Position numbers and translations under genes: made by a program. This document shows, one piece after another, positions 1 to 9,126 of a DNA stretch of 33,050 nt (its first letter is position 1; every line of letters begins with the position of its first letter). The notes under the pieces were generated by a model. That model was given only the letters and a program-made list of their open reading frames with translations. It did not search any database and was not told the DNA's origin. This DNA is from Candidatus Micrarchaeia archaeon (GTDB lineage Archaea; Micrarchaeota; Micrarchaeia; Micrarchaeales; CABMGC01): contig JBMFWW010000007.1 of assembly GCA_049964835.1 (NCBI GenBank), positions 1 through 33,050 of the forward strand. Reading direction: 5' to 3'.

Positions 1-686
1 GCTCCAGCAGCTATTGCAGCAAGCGCAAACTCTTTCACATACTCTCTCTTTCCTGCTGCATGGCTCGGATCAACAGCTATAGGAAGCCTTGAGCGCGCTT
101 TAGCTACAGCTATAGAACCTATATCCATTGAAAATCTTGTTGAACTTTCTATGCTCCTTGCACCTCTATAGCATAGGATTACATCATCATTGCCATTTGA
201 AAGCAAGTATTCTGAAGACATAAGCCATTCGTCTACGGTAGTTCCTAGACCATTTTTTAATAATACTGGCTTTTTCTGCATTCCTAGCTTTTTTAGCATA
301 TCAAAGTTTTGTGCATTTCTAGCACCTACTTGTATTAAATCAACTTTTTTTGAGTAAAGCTCTATTAATTCAGTATCCATTAGCTCTGTTACTATTGGAA
401 TATTGAACTTTTTACTTACATTTTGGAGAATTTCTAGACCTTTTATTCCTAAACCTTGGAATGAGTATGGAGAGGTTCTTGGCTTGAATGCGCCTCCTCT
501 TAGTATAGCTGCTCCTTCTTTTACTACTCCTTTGGCAATTTCAAAAATCTGCTCTTCACTTTCAACTGAACATGGTCCGGCGGCGATAACTATTTCGCTT
601 TCGTGAACTGTAACTCCTCCAACAGATACTAATTTATTCTTTTTATCAAACTCTCTTGAAAATTTGTATACTCCTTCATTTTTCAT
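1..686 (-). CDS. aroF: 3-deoxy-7-phosphoheptulonate (DAHP) synthase, class I-beta; 3' end runs off the window
   Basis: Not in ORF track. Manual translation from ATG at 686 gives MKNEGVYKFSREF...IAAGPCSVESEEQ...LRGGAFKPRTSPYSFQGLG...QVGARNAQNF...DPSHAAGKR, the family signature motifs. Overlaps the stop of the upstream GNAT gene. Confidence 0.95.
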   Translation of the reverse strand, partial: MKNEGVYKFSREFDKKNKLVSVGGVTVHESEIVIAAGPCSVESEEQIFEIAKGVVKEGAAILRGGAFKPRTSPYSFQGLGIKGLEILQNVSKKFNIPIVTELMDTELIELYSKKVDLIQVGARNAQNFDMLKKLGMQKKPVLLKNGLGTTVDEWLMSSEYLLSNGNDDVILCYRGARSIESSTRFSMDIGSIAVAKARSRLPIAVDPSHAAGKREYVKEFALAAIAAG

Positions 687-960
687 AAGTTATCATCTTT
701 TCAAGCTCTTTATGTTTTGTAATAAAGTGTTTTATATAATCACAATCGGGTCTTATTAAAAACCCTTTTTCTTTTGCAAAATCGAATGCCTTTATAGCAA
801 GAATCTCGGCCAAACCCTTGCCTCTTTCAGTTTCAGGAACAAATGTATGATAAATGCTCATTATCTTTCTTTTTTCATCTAAAGTATATAATAATTCAGC
901 ATCATCTGAATTTGTATTTATAAAAAAACGCTCATGAACATGTTTTACATTTGCCGTCAT
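676..960 (-). CDS. Small GNAT-family N-acetyltransferase (YjdJ-like)
   Basis: HTFVPETERGKGLA acetyl-CoA-binding motif and C-terminal PDCDYI (PxCxY). ATG at 960 preferred over the ORF-track start at 969. Confidence 0.85.
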   Translation of the reverse strand: MTANVKHVHERFFINTNSDDAELLYTLDEKRKIMSIYHTFVPETERGKGLAEILAIKAFDFAKEKGFLIRPDCDYIKHFITKHKELEKMITYEK

Positions 961-1041
961 TATTAACACTTATTTAATTTATTCAATATTTATTCTACAG
1001 CACATATTTTAAATGTTAATGCTTAATTATATTTGATAAAT

Positions 1042-1980
1042 ATGGAAGTACCTAAAATTTTTACAGATAGTTTTAATGATATAATCTCAAATCCTAAGGT
1101 ATTTTTACCTTCATTGCTTTTTAGTATAATAACAATAGTAATATTTATTTTAGTCGTATTTATTTTTTTAAGCACTACAATAGTATCAAACATAACTCTG
1201 GCTACATTTTCACCGTATACCTTCCTTTCAAATTTAACATCTAGTAATCTTATTACATTTGTAGTGATATTTTTACTAGTTATATTTTTAATCACATTTT
1301 TTGTAGCGATGCTTATGAATGGAGTAATTGTTTCAATGGCGTATCAGCTCAAAACAAAAAGAAAACTTCATATTGGAGATGCGATTTCTAATACCGGATC
1401 TAAGTATCTTAATTTGATAGGTGCGGGATTCCTATCTATATTAATAAGTATTATTGCTGTTGGAATCCCAATATTTTTAGTTGTTGTAATTTTATACAAT
1501 CAAATATCTTTATCTACTTTAGTTATATCTGCAATTTTATTAATTCTTGCTTTGATACTTTTAATAGTTACATCAATATATCTTTTCCAAGTCACTACCG
1601 TAGTGATTATAGAAAATAAAGGACCCATAGCCGCAATAAAAAGAAGTTTTCAAATAGCAACTAAAAATAGAACTAATATCTTTCTGACACTTTTGATAAC
1701 ATTTCTAATAAGTATTGTTGTTGGAATTATCTCGTCTGTTTTAGGTATTATTCCGATTGCAGGTTTCATAACAATTTTATTAGTTGATATATTTTCTTCA
1801 GTATGGTATGCTATGATACCAGTGTATTTCTATTATGAATCCGGATCTAACCCTAAACAAATAAAAGCAGGAGATAAAACACAATCCAATGTTAAACAAA
1901 TAAGATCAGGACAAAACACAAAAAGTACAAAATATCAGAACAATAAATACGACACAAACAAAAACAAAAGGAGTAAATAA
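1042..1980 (+). CDS. Polytopic membrane protein of unknown function (about 6 TM segments, polar C-terminal tail)
   Basis: Long hydrophobic stretches and an ENKGPIAAIKRSF loop typical of widespread uncharacterised membrane proteins. ATG at 1042 chosen over TTG at 1033. Confidence 0.75.
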   Translation: MEVPKIFTDSFNDIISNPKVFLPSLLFSIITIVIFILVVFIFLSTTIVSNITLATFSPYTFLSNLTSSNLITFVVIFLLVIFLITFFVAMLMNGVIVSMAYQLKTKRKLHIGDAISNTGSKYLNLIGAGFLSILISIIAVGIPIFLVVVILYNQISLSTLVISAILLILALILLIVTSIYLFQVTTVVIIENKGPIAAIKRSFQIATKNRTNIFLTLLITFLISIVVGIISSVLGIIPIAGFITILLVDIFSSVWYAMIPVYFYYESGSNPKQIKAGDKTQSNVKQIRSGQNTKSTKYQNNKYDTNKNKRSK

Positions 1981-2009
1981 TTAAATGAATATATTAATAT
2001 GTTGATTTT

Positions 2010-2168
2010 ATGCCAACAAAAATAAGTGAATATAAAGGACACCCAATATTAAGCCTGCTAAAGGATGAGAATGATGCAAGACCATTTACATTTGGCCTTA
2101 CAAAAGCAAAGTTGATTATTGACAATATAGATGCAATTAAAGAATTTGTTGAAAATAATAGTAAGTAA
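2010..2168 (+). CDS. Small 52-aa protein, PC4-like candidate
   Basis: Below the ORF-track cutoff. MPTKISEYKGHPILSLLKDENDARPFTFGLTKAKLIIDNIDAIKEFVENNSK; ATG preceded by GTTGATTTT; fills an intergenic gap. Confidence 0.75.
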   Translation: MPTKISEYKGHPILSLLKDENDARPFTFGLTKAKLIIDNIDAIKEFVENNSK

Positions 2169-2200
2169 TAATTATTAATGTAGCATTTATAGTATTATTA

Positions 2201-2494
2201 TTATTTCTTTTTTAACTTATGTTTTAACTTATTTTTTAGGTTATTTTCTACAGACATACTGGAATTATTTTTTATAAATGGATTTGGATTACCATAATTT
2301 ACAACTATAGATGCACCTTCAATATCATCATTTCTTGTGGCTATCATTAGCAGAGTAATGCCTTTTTTATTTTGTATATCCACATTTGCATTACTTTGAA
2401 GAGCGATCTTTAATATTAAATATTTAACGAATTCCAATGTATACATATTAGCGGTATTTCCCAGTCCGTCTTTCATATCAATATTTGCTCCCAC
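2201..2494 (-). pseudogene. 5'-truncated ankyrin-repeat protein remnant
   Basis: GANIDMKDGLGNTA and NANVDIQNKKGITLLMIA are ankyrin repeats. The frame begins inside the tRNA-Glu 3' end, with no room for its own promoter. Confidence 0.7.
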
Positions 2495-2560
2495 CGGGAT
2501 TTGAACCCGGGTTGCTGGGTTGAAAGCCCAACGTCCTTGGCCGAGCTAGACGATAGGAGC
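2486..2560 (-). tRNA. tRNA-Glu (anticodon TTC), intronless, CCA not encoded
   Basis: Cloverleaf: acceptor GCTCCTA/TGGGAGC, anticodon arm TTGGG-CTTTCAA-CCCAG, T arm CCGGG-TTCAAAT-CCCGG. Confidence 0.96.
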
Positions 2561-2633
2561 AGTATATTTGTGTATATATTTAATTGTTCAGTAATATAAA
2601 TATTACTACATAATAACTTATTTAGGTTAGTAA

Positions 2634-3275
2634 GTGGAGGGCTTATTTGTATGCATAGAAGGTATAGACGGTTCTGGAAAAACCACACAAGCTAAACTTT
2701 TAATAAATAAACTTGAAAGTTCTGAAAGAAAGGTCTCTTTATTTTCCTACCCAACGCATAACTCAAGGTATGGAAAAATAATAAGAGAAGAGTTCCTTAC
2801 CGGCAAGGTAGATATGAGCGTTGAAGAACAATTCTTGTTATATTTGCTTGATATGCAATCTGATAAAAAAAATATATTAGAAAATGTATCAAAAGGCAAT
2901 ATTGTAGTAAGTGAGAGATACTTTATATCTACAATAGCTTATCAATCTGCAGGAAGCTTCGATTACGAAAAAGCAAAGGCAGTTGAGGAAATTATGTCAC
3001 TTCCAAGGCCAGACATTATATTTTATATAGATATTAAACCTGAAATTGCTTTTGAAAGAAAAAGAAAACAAAAGGGTAAAACAGATAGATTTGAAAGTGC
3101 AAAGGAGTATATGAACAAGGTTTACAATGTATATGAAAAACTTTATTCGGAAAGATATGGAAGTAAAACATGGATAAGAATAGATGGTAATAAATCAGAA
3201 CAAGAAATATCAACTTTTATATTTAGTACAATAGATAATTATGTTAGAAATGACAAACAGAGAAATTTAGAATAG
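2634..3275 (+). CDS. tmk: Thymidylate (dTMP) kinase
   Basis: P-loop IEGIDGSGKTTQ, ERYFISTIAYQ motif, PD..FYIDI and DRFE lid. Confidence 0.95.
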   Translation: MEGLFVCIEGIDGSGKTTQAKLLINKLESSERKVSLFSYPTHNSRYGKIIREEFLTGKVDMSVEEQFLLYLLDMQSDKKNILENVSKGNIVVSERYFISTIAYQSAGSFDYEKAKAVEEIMSLPRPDIIFYIDIKPEIAFERKRKQKGKTDRFESAKEYMNKVYNVYEKLYSERYGSKTWIRIDGNKSEQEISTFIFSTIDNYVRNDKQRNLE

Positions 3276-3283
3276 GTAATTGA

Positions 3284-3829
3284 ATGATACTGTCAGATTA
3301 TGATTTAGAGAATATGTTGAGATCAAAAAGATTAGTAATAACTCCTTTTAAAAAGGACACTATAAGAGAAAATGGTATAGATTTTAGATTGGATAATGAG
3401 GTTGCAAGACATAATAAAGACCTTGGTGAGGATTTTGTTTTAGATCCTTCTAATCCTGAAGATGTAAAGAAAGAATACCTAGTTGAAAAAAATTGCAGTG
3501 AAATAATAATAAATGCGCATGAGCAGGTGCTTATGTCTACAAAAGAGTACTTGAAAATGCCTGATAACTTAATGGGATTTGTAGAACTTAGAAGTACGTG
3601 GGCAAGGCATGGATTAATTATGCCACCTACAATAATAGATGCGGGTTTTGATGGAAATGTAACATTGGAAGTTTTTAACGCTAGTACAAATGCAATAATG
3701 ATTAAACCAGGATTAAGATTTGCACACGTTATATTTGCAACTACACTAAGTAAGGTAAGCAATGCTTATTCTGGAGAGTATTTAGGACAAAAAGGAATAA
3801 GACTGCCAAAAGTAATAAAATTGAAGTGA
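3284..3829 (+). CDS. dcd: dCTP deaminase
   Basis: MILSD start, LRSTWARHGL and IDAGFDGNVTLE motifs, C-terminal YSGEYLGQ. Confidence 0.93.
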   Translation: MILSDYDLENMLRSKRLVITPFKKDTIRENGIDFRLDNEVARHNKDLGEDFVLDPSNPEDVKKEYLVEKNCSEIIINAHEQVLMSTKEYLKMPDNLMGFVELRSTWARHGLIMPPTIIDAGFDGNVTLEVFNASTNAIMIKPGLRFAHVIFATTLSKVSNAYSGEYLGQKGIRLPKVIKLK

Positions 3830-3887
3830 AAATGTTAAAAATTAAAGTTTAATTAAAATAATTAAAGATAAAATAAAAAATTAAATT

Positions 3888-4169
3888 TTACCTTGAAAGA
3901 TCATTTAGTTCTTCTCTGCTTGCAGGCTCTTCTTTTGAACCGCTAGGACCAGATACTAAAACTACATCCCCTACATTCTTTACGCTTTTGTATAAGATGC
4001 TTTTCTTTTTAAGAACTACATTAGCGTCATTTTTTGCGCTTTTCCAAGGTGTCATAAGCAATCTGCTTATCTCACCCTTTTCAAGATCTATAATAACATC
4101 TTGCACATCGCCAAGATATTGGCCTTCGTCACTGTATATATCCATTCGGTATATTTCAGATATCTTCAC
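3888..4169 (-). CDS. PRC-barrel domain protein
   Basis: IYSDEGQYLGDVQDVIIDLEKGEI and VKNVGDVVLV motifs; GTG start after a GAGGCGA SD-like sequence. Confidence 0.85.
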   Translation of the reverse strand: MKISEIYRMDIYSDEGQYLGDVQDVIIDLEKGEISRLLMTPWKSAKNDANVVLKKKSILYKSVKNVGDVVLVSGPSGSKEEPASREELNDLSR

Positions 4170-4268
4170 ATAATCGCCTCGATAATACTACAAGGAACAG
4201 TTATTTAAAACTTTTGTCTTTTTTCAGAATAGAGGAACACTAGAAAGAAGATCTAGATATGAATAGAA

Positions 4269-5423
4269 TTAAGGTTGCATCCAGTCTATTTCATAGTAGT
4301 CTGCTGTGCTTCCTTTAAGAATTATTTGTTTAACTTTATAATAAGTGACCGCAGTTTCTCTGTCTGCTATAGCTAATATTAAGTCTAATTTTCTTCTTTT
4401 TGCTTCATTTATAGCTCCGGCAAAGTCTCTTCCACCAAGGTACTCTTCTTCACTTAAAGATAACATTGCATATTTTGGATTAAATAAGTCAGGGCTTTCA
4501 GCTTCGCCACTACGCCTATGATAAAGTATAAAGTCTACATTTGTTTTTTTAGCAGATATGTTTCCAGGTACAGCGAGTATGAATGTTTTCCTTACAGAGT
4601 GTGCTACTCTTATGACTCTTGCCCATTCTGATATTAAAAGACGCGATTCCTTAGGAAATACATGTATTACATGTTTTGAGTGCTTCCAGTCCTTGTCATC
4701 TTTTTTTATAGGCAGTGCGCCAGGAAAATAAACCCTAAAATGTGTACCAAATTTAAATCCTGTCTTAATCACATATCCTTTTTCTCTCCAATCAGTGTAA
4801 ACTTCTAATAATTTTGGGAAATCCTTTCTTCTTTTTGTTGCAATTTTCATTACTGATTTTTTATTATTTCCGTATATTTCAAGAATATTTTTTTCCATTA
4901 AGAAATAGGTTTCGTAGATGTCTAATTTATTTAATTTTCCACGTTCTATAGCTTTGTATGAGCCAAATTGTCCCATCCAAAAATTTTCGTATAAAAATTT
5001 GCCTTTTTCATTATCTTCAATTATTGAAGTAAGATCTGATGGGAAAAAAATTCCTTTTAGTAAATAATTAGGAAGTGATATTTTTGATGAAGGATATTGT
5101 TTCAATGGTATTTTATTTTGATTGAAATCTTCATTAGATATTTTAACTATAAGGCCTCTTTCTCTCCAGTCTTTGTAAGTTAAATATTTTGCCATAAATT
5201 TTTTGCTATTTCCAAAAGTCGAGAATAGTTTATCTAAAGTTAACTCTTCTCCTTTTCTTTTACAAATTGCATTTCTTACATCTATAAGATAAATAGCTTC
5301 AAAAATATTTAATTTTAGTGCTTTTTTGTCTTGCTCTCCAAAAAAACCTTTTTTAAGTATGTCGATACTTGATTGATCTATAACTATAATCCTCTTCTTT
5401 GAGATGTACTCTATTTGAATCAT
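4269..5423 (-). CDS. endA: tRNA-intron splicing endonuclease, probable epsilon2 (three-unit, ARMAN) type
   Basis: Catalytic unit GFKFGTHFRVY...HSKH...RVAHSVRK, duplicated YxDWRExG units, C-terminal LAIADRETAVTYY beta unit, 384 aa, GSYKAIER loop. Confidence 0.92.
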   Translation of the reverse strand: MIQIEYISKKRIIVIDQSSIDILKKGFFGEQDKKALKLNIFEAIYLIDVRNAICKRKGEELTLDKLFSTFGNSKKFMAKYLTYKDWRERGLIVKISNEDFNQNKIPLKQYPSSKISLPNYLLKGIFFPSDLTSIIEDNEKGKFLYENFWMGQFGSYKAIERGKLNKLDIYETYFLMEKNILEIYGNNKKSVMKIATKRRKDFPKLLEVYTDWREKGYVIKTGFKFGTHFRVYFPGALPIKKDDKDWKHSKHVIHVFPKESRLLISEWARVIRVAHSVRKTFILAVPGNISAKKTNVDFILYHRRSGEAESPDLFNPKYAMLSLSEEEYLGGRDFAGAINEAKRRKLDLILAIADRETAVTYYKVKQIILKGSTADYYEIDWMQP

Positions 5424-5450
5424 GGACTCAGTATATTATAGAAAATTTGT

Positions 5451-5531
5451 ATATTAAGCTTTTCTTTTCTTTGAGCTTTGTCAATTAAGTTATAAATTAT
5501 TTTTATCAATAGGTTTAAGACTTTTTCAGCA
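5451..5531 (-). promoter_or_regulatory. endA promoter (BRE/TATA GAAAAGCTTAATAT) with three degenerate ACTTTATCAACA-type boxes
   Basis: Boxes at 5479-5490 (minus strand ACTTAATTGACA), 5500-5511 and 5520-5531. The proximal box ends 14 nt before the BRE, as at the other two loci. Confidence 0.55.
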
Positions 5532-5637
5532 GGTTACTTTACTATTGTTTTTTCTATTTTACTTATTTTTACTTGAAATGATAAAAACATAACTCAAAAA
5601 AAGTATAATACTAAACAAATGGAAATTATTTTAAATT

Positions 5638-6138
5638 TCACAGATTATCTGAAATTTCTTCTAATTGATTTGCTAGATGAAATGCTAAACGCCTTAAGAT
5701 TTTGGGTACATTAAGTTTATCTTTACTCATTTTAGATGAAAGTTGAAGTACTTCTTCTGTTTTTTTAATTATTGATTTTGAAAATTTTATTAGAGCTAAG
5801 TCTTCTTGTGGTATGTTATCAGCTAGGTCTACGCTTTGATGTTTTTGTGCTACATCTCTCAACATATTTGTATCTAGTCCTTCAGGAATACCATACCATT
5901 CTTCAGAAACTGTACTTCCGAGAAGAAGCCTTGCGCTGTAAAGATTTTTTGAACCTTCTTTTAGATTATTTGCAATTACTCTAGAAAGTACTTCATTTTT
6001 TTCCATTTTTACAAGCGTATATAGACTTTGAGATTCTTCCCCTATATTTTTTAGTATCTCTATTACTTGCTTGTCAAGCGCTACTGGTTTACTTTGCTGT
6101 AACCCATGCTCATTATTTTTTTTAAATTGATTTCCCAA
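5638..6138 (-). CDS. Hypothetical helical protein (166 aa)
   Basis: Open frame with TTG start after GTGAG; no recognisable motif. Confidence 0.6.
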   Translation of the reverse strand: MGNQFKKNNEHGLQQSKPVALDKQVIEILKNIGEESQSLYTLVKMEKNEVLSRVIANNLKEGSKNLYSARLLLGSTVSEEWYGIPEGLDTNMLRDVAQKHQSVDLADNIPQEDLALIKFSKSIIKKTEEVLQLSSKMSKDKLNVPKILRRLAFHLANQLEEISDNL

Positions 6139-6200
6139 AAACTCACAAAAAAAGTTTATCTTTTTTCAGATATATAAATGTAATTGAAAATATGGCTTAG

Positions 6201-7194
6201 TGTAGTATCCCGATTCAATGTCCTCTCGATAATTAATCTCATCATTTCACCTTTTATTTGTTTCGTATTCAACCATTTTTCGTGTCATCTTCTCAAAATA
6301 TGCAATTTTTTGAGTGGTGTCAAGACTCAGATGTGGCATGTTGTTATAAAACTCAACAACCTTGTCCAAATCAAATCCAAAATATTTGTATAGTTTGTCT
6401 GTTGAGCCAAACCAGAGTTCAATCTTACCATTGGATTGTGGTTTTTTACCCTAGAAATTATATGTTATATGCCTCATTTCTTTAGTTCTTCTCTAAATCT
6501 CTATTCCTTTTCCTTATTAGCACAGAATTTGGTTCCAGGATCAGTCATCACTTGTTTCGGAACGCTCCATTCGCGTATTGCACTTTCAAGTACAAACAAT
6601 GCGTTTTCTGTTGCAGCATTATTGAATTTGCCTCTTCCGACCACTTTCTAGAGGCATCATCCACATATGTAATAACATGTTTTCCATCTTCTGTGTCTGT
6701 GTAGTCTGTATGCCACAAGTCATTACTATGTGGTCTCGCATAACGAACCCAGTTCTTTCTCTTTACTTTTCTTCCAATAGATTTCATTAACCCTGCCTCT
6801 GTCAGTATGCGTTGTATTCAGTTATTTGGTACTCTGGGTATTCCTAGAAGTTATGTATTTTTCCATTTTAGCCGCACCCATAGGCATTTTTTCGTACGTG
6901 TCCAGAACTATCCTTCTCTCGTATCTGTCTAAAGGCTTTACCTTTTTTCCAGGCCTCTGTAAACTTATCTGATCTATCAAATAGTCTGGCGTATTTCGAT
7001 ATTTCCTGCGCAGTCGCCTTACATGTATTGGAATTATATTCTGTTGTTTTGCAGTCCTGTACACTGACTGTTCTCCTTTCCTTGCTTGTCTTATAGTCCA
7101 TCTCATTCCTCTATTTGTCAACTTCTTCATGATTTGTATACTTTTTACATAATCATATTCCTTTGTCGTGAGGACCTTATTTTGGGATAAGACA
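6201..7194 (-). mobile_element. Degenerate IS481-family insertion sequence (994 bp)
   Basis: TGT...ACA termini. Imperfect terminal inverted repeats TGTAGTATCCCGATTCAATGTCCTCTCGATAA vs TGTCTTATCCCAAAATAAGGTCCTCACGACAA (23/32 by hand). Encloses a broken DDE transposase. Confidence 0.88.
6269..7130 (-). pseudogene. IS481-family (rve/DDE) transposase pseudogene
   Basis: Fragments in several frames: HTH N-terminus MKKLTNRGMRWTIRQ; DLWHTDYT...ITYVDDASR; PKQVMTDPGTKF; GKIE; FYNNMPHLSL. Multiple frameshifts and stops. Confidence 0.88.
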
Positions 7195-7336
7195 GAAAAT
7201 ATTATTTATCAATATTTAATAATATTTAATTAGAATTTTTTAAATAGAACAAAAAGAGATAATAAATTTAATTTCAAATACTAGAATGTTATAATATTTA
7301 ATATACTAAATATTTTTTAGATTAATTAATGAGTTT

Positions 7337-8311
7337 ATGGCAATTATAGGAATAGAAAGCAGTGCACATACATTTGGAGTAGGTATCATAGAAAATGGAA
7401 AGATTCTTGCCAATGTTAAATCAATGTATAAAATAGGAAATAAAGGCATGATACCTATAGAGGTTGCAGAGCATCACATACAAAGTTGTAAGGACACAAT
7501 AAATGAGGCACTTGATGTAGCAGGAATTAAAACTCAAGATATAAATGGAATTGGTTATACTATGGGGCCTGGTCTTGGTCCGTGCTTACAAGTAGGGCTT
7601 CTAAGTGCAAAAACCCTTTCATATAGACTAAAAGTACCAATAATTCCTGTAAATCACGGTGTGGCACATGTTGAGATAACTAAACATACTAAAAATCTTA
7701 AGGACCCTATAGCACTTTATGTAAGTGGAGGAAACTCCCAAATACTTGTACTTGATAAAAAAAACAGAAAGTATAGAATCCTTGGTGAAACATTTGATAT
7801 GGGAATAGGAAACGCAATAGACAACCTAGCTAGAAATTTAGGGCTAGAGCATGCTTGGGGCTCTGAGGTAGAAAGGCTAGCTAAAAATGGAAGGTATATT
7901 GAAATGCCATATACAGTCAAAGGTATGGACTTCTCCTTCACAGGACTTCTCACAAATGCTATAGAGCTGCTTAAAAAAGAAAGTAAGGAGGATGTATGCT
8001 ACTCATTTCAAGAAACTGCTTTCGCTATGCTATGCGAAGCAACAGAAAGAGTGCTTCTTTTAAGTAAAAAAGAGGAGCTTTGTATATGCGGAGGCGTAGC
8101 ACAGAACAGCAGGCTTACGCAGATGCTAAGTAGCATAGCGCAAGAGCACAATATTACATTCGCTAAGGCAGAAAACCAATTCAATGCAGATAATGGAGCT
8201 ATGATAGCGCTAGTAGCTGAGAACTCTATTAAAAACGGGTTTTCTGCTAATTTCAATGAATGTACAACAAAGCAAAGATATAGAATCGACGAGGCTATTG
8301 TTTATGAATAA
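7337..8311 (+). CDS. kae1: tRNA N6-threonylcarbamoyladenosine synthase Kae1 (KEOPS)
   Basis: IGIESSAHTFG, GPGLGPCL, VNHGVAHVE, LYVSGGNSQ, GGVAQN and DNGAMIA motifs. Confidence 0.96.
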   Translation: MAIIGIESSAHTFGVGIIENGKILANVKSMYKIGNKGMIPIEVAEHHIQSCKDTINEALDVAGIKTQDINGIGYTMGPGLGPCLQVGLLSAKTLSYRLKVPIIPVNHGVAHVEITKHTKNLKDPIALYVSGGNSQILVLDKKNRKYRILGETFDMGIGNAIDNLARNLGLEHAWGSEVERLAKNGRYIEMPYTVKGMDFSFTGLLTNAIELLKKESKEDVCYSFQETAFAMLCEATERVLLLSKKEELCICGGVAQNSRLTQMLSSIAQEHNITFAKAENQFNADNGAMIALVAENSIKNGFSANFNECTTKQRYRIDEAIVYE

Positions 8312-8885
8312 CTTTGAAGGAGCTGAAGCTAGAGTAACTATAAATAAAATAAATAATTTTAAGGTAGTTTTAAAGACACGATACCAAAAAATTTACCGTG
8401 AGCAGGTATTAGATGAGAAGTTAAGAGTTTCTAGAACTAGAAGAGAAGCTAAGATTTTATCTAAATTGATGAAAAATAAGATAAATGCTCCGCGTCTTAT
8501 TGCTTTTGGAAAGTTTACTCTTATTATGAGTTATGTTGATGGCATATTGTTAAGGGATATTGATAAAAAAGAGAGTTTCATGCAAAAATTAGGAAGTGAG
8601 GTTAACAAAATGCACGAAGCCGACATAGTACATGGAGATTTAACACCAGCAAATATAATAATAGAAAACGACTCTACGGTTATAATTGATTTTGGCTTAT
8701 CTGAAATGACTACAAACTTGGAAGAAAAGGCTCTTGATATACTTCTTTTAAAAAGATCTTTGATTAAAAAAGAGTTTGATTCTTTTCTAATTTCTTACTC
8801 AAATAATACCAAATATGATAAAATAATGGATAAACTAAATGAAATAGAAAAAAGAGGCAGATACAGTATAAGAACACTGGCTTGA
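8304..8885 (+). CDS. bud32: KEOPS kinase/ATPase Bud32
   Basis: GAEA, RTRREA, HGDLTPAN, IDFGLS and RGRY C-terminus. ATG at 8304 overlaps the kae1 stop by 8 nt. Confidence 0.94.
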   Translation: MNNFEGAEARVTINKINNFKVVLKTRYQKIYREQVLDEKLRVSRTRREAKILSKLMKNKINAPRLIAFGKFTLIMSYVDGILLRDIDKKESFMQKLGSEVNKMHEADIVHGDLTPANIIIENDSTVIIDFGLSEMTTNLEEKALDILLLKRSLIKKEFDSFLISYSNNTKYDKIMDKLNEIEKRGRYSIRTLA

Positions 8886-9012
8886 TGATTAACAATTAAA
8901 AATTTACCAACAACTAAAATTTGTTTTTCTGCTCACTGAACTAAAAGTAACCAAGTAAAACTAACTTATTGATATTAAATCAAAAAGATAAATAAAAGAA
9001 ATAAAAAGAAAA

Positions 9013-9126
9013 TTAGAGATCTCCTACTCTTCTCTTTTGGGCTCTCCTAATCCTTTTTCTTCTTTTCTTTACCCATTTCCAGCGCATTCTTCCTTTCTTT
9101 TTCCATTTTCTAGGTATGCTTCCCAG
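9013..9126 (-). CDS. rpl41e: Ribosomal protein eL41 (eS32); probable CTG start, or internal ATG at 9087
   Basis: Not in ORF track. (M)[36 protein letters not shown] matches the archaeal L41e signature [14 protein letters not shown]. Confidence 0.88.
   Translation of the reverse strand: MGSIPRKWKKKGRMRWKWVKKRRKRIRRAQKRRVGDL

Noticed and set aside
2473..2688. ORF-track 71-aa minus-strand protein
   Set aside because: Overlaps tRNA-Glu and the tmk start; shadow ORF.
8256..8311. Programmed frameshift producing a Kae1-Bud32 fusion
   Set aside because: Bud32 has its own ATG overlapping the kae1 stop and no canonical slippery site is visible; ordinary translational coupling explains it.
8901..8912. 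Further box-like 12-mer AATTTACCAACA after bud32
   Set aside because: Isolated, lies between convergent genes and is not linked to a promoter.
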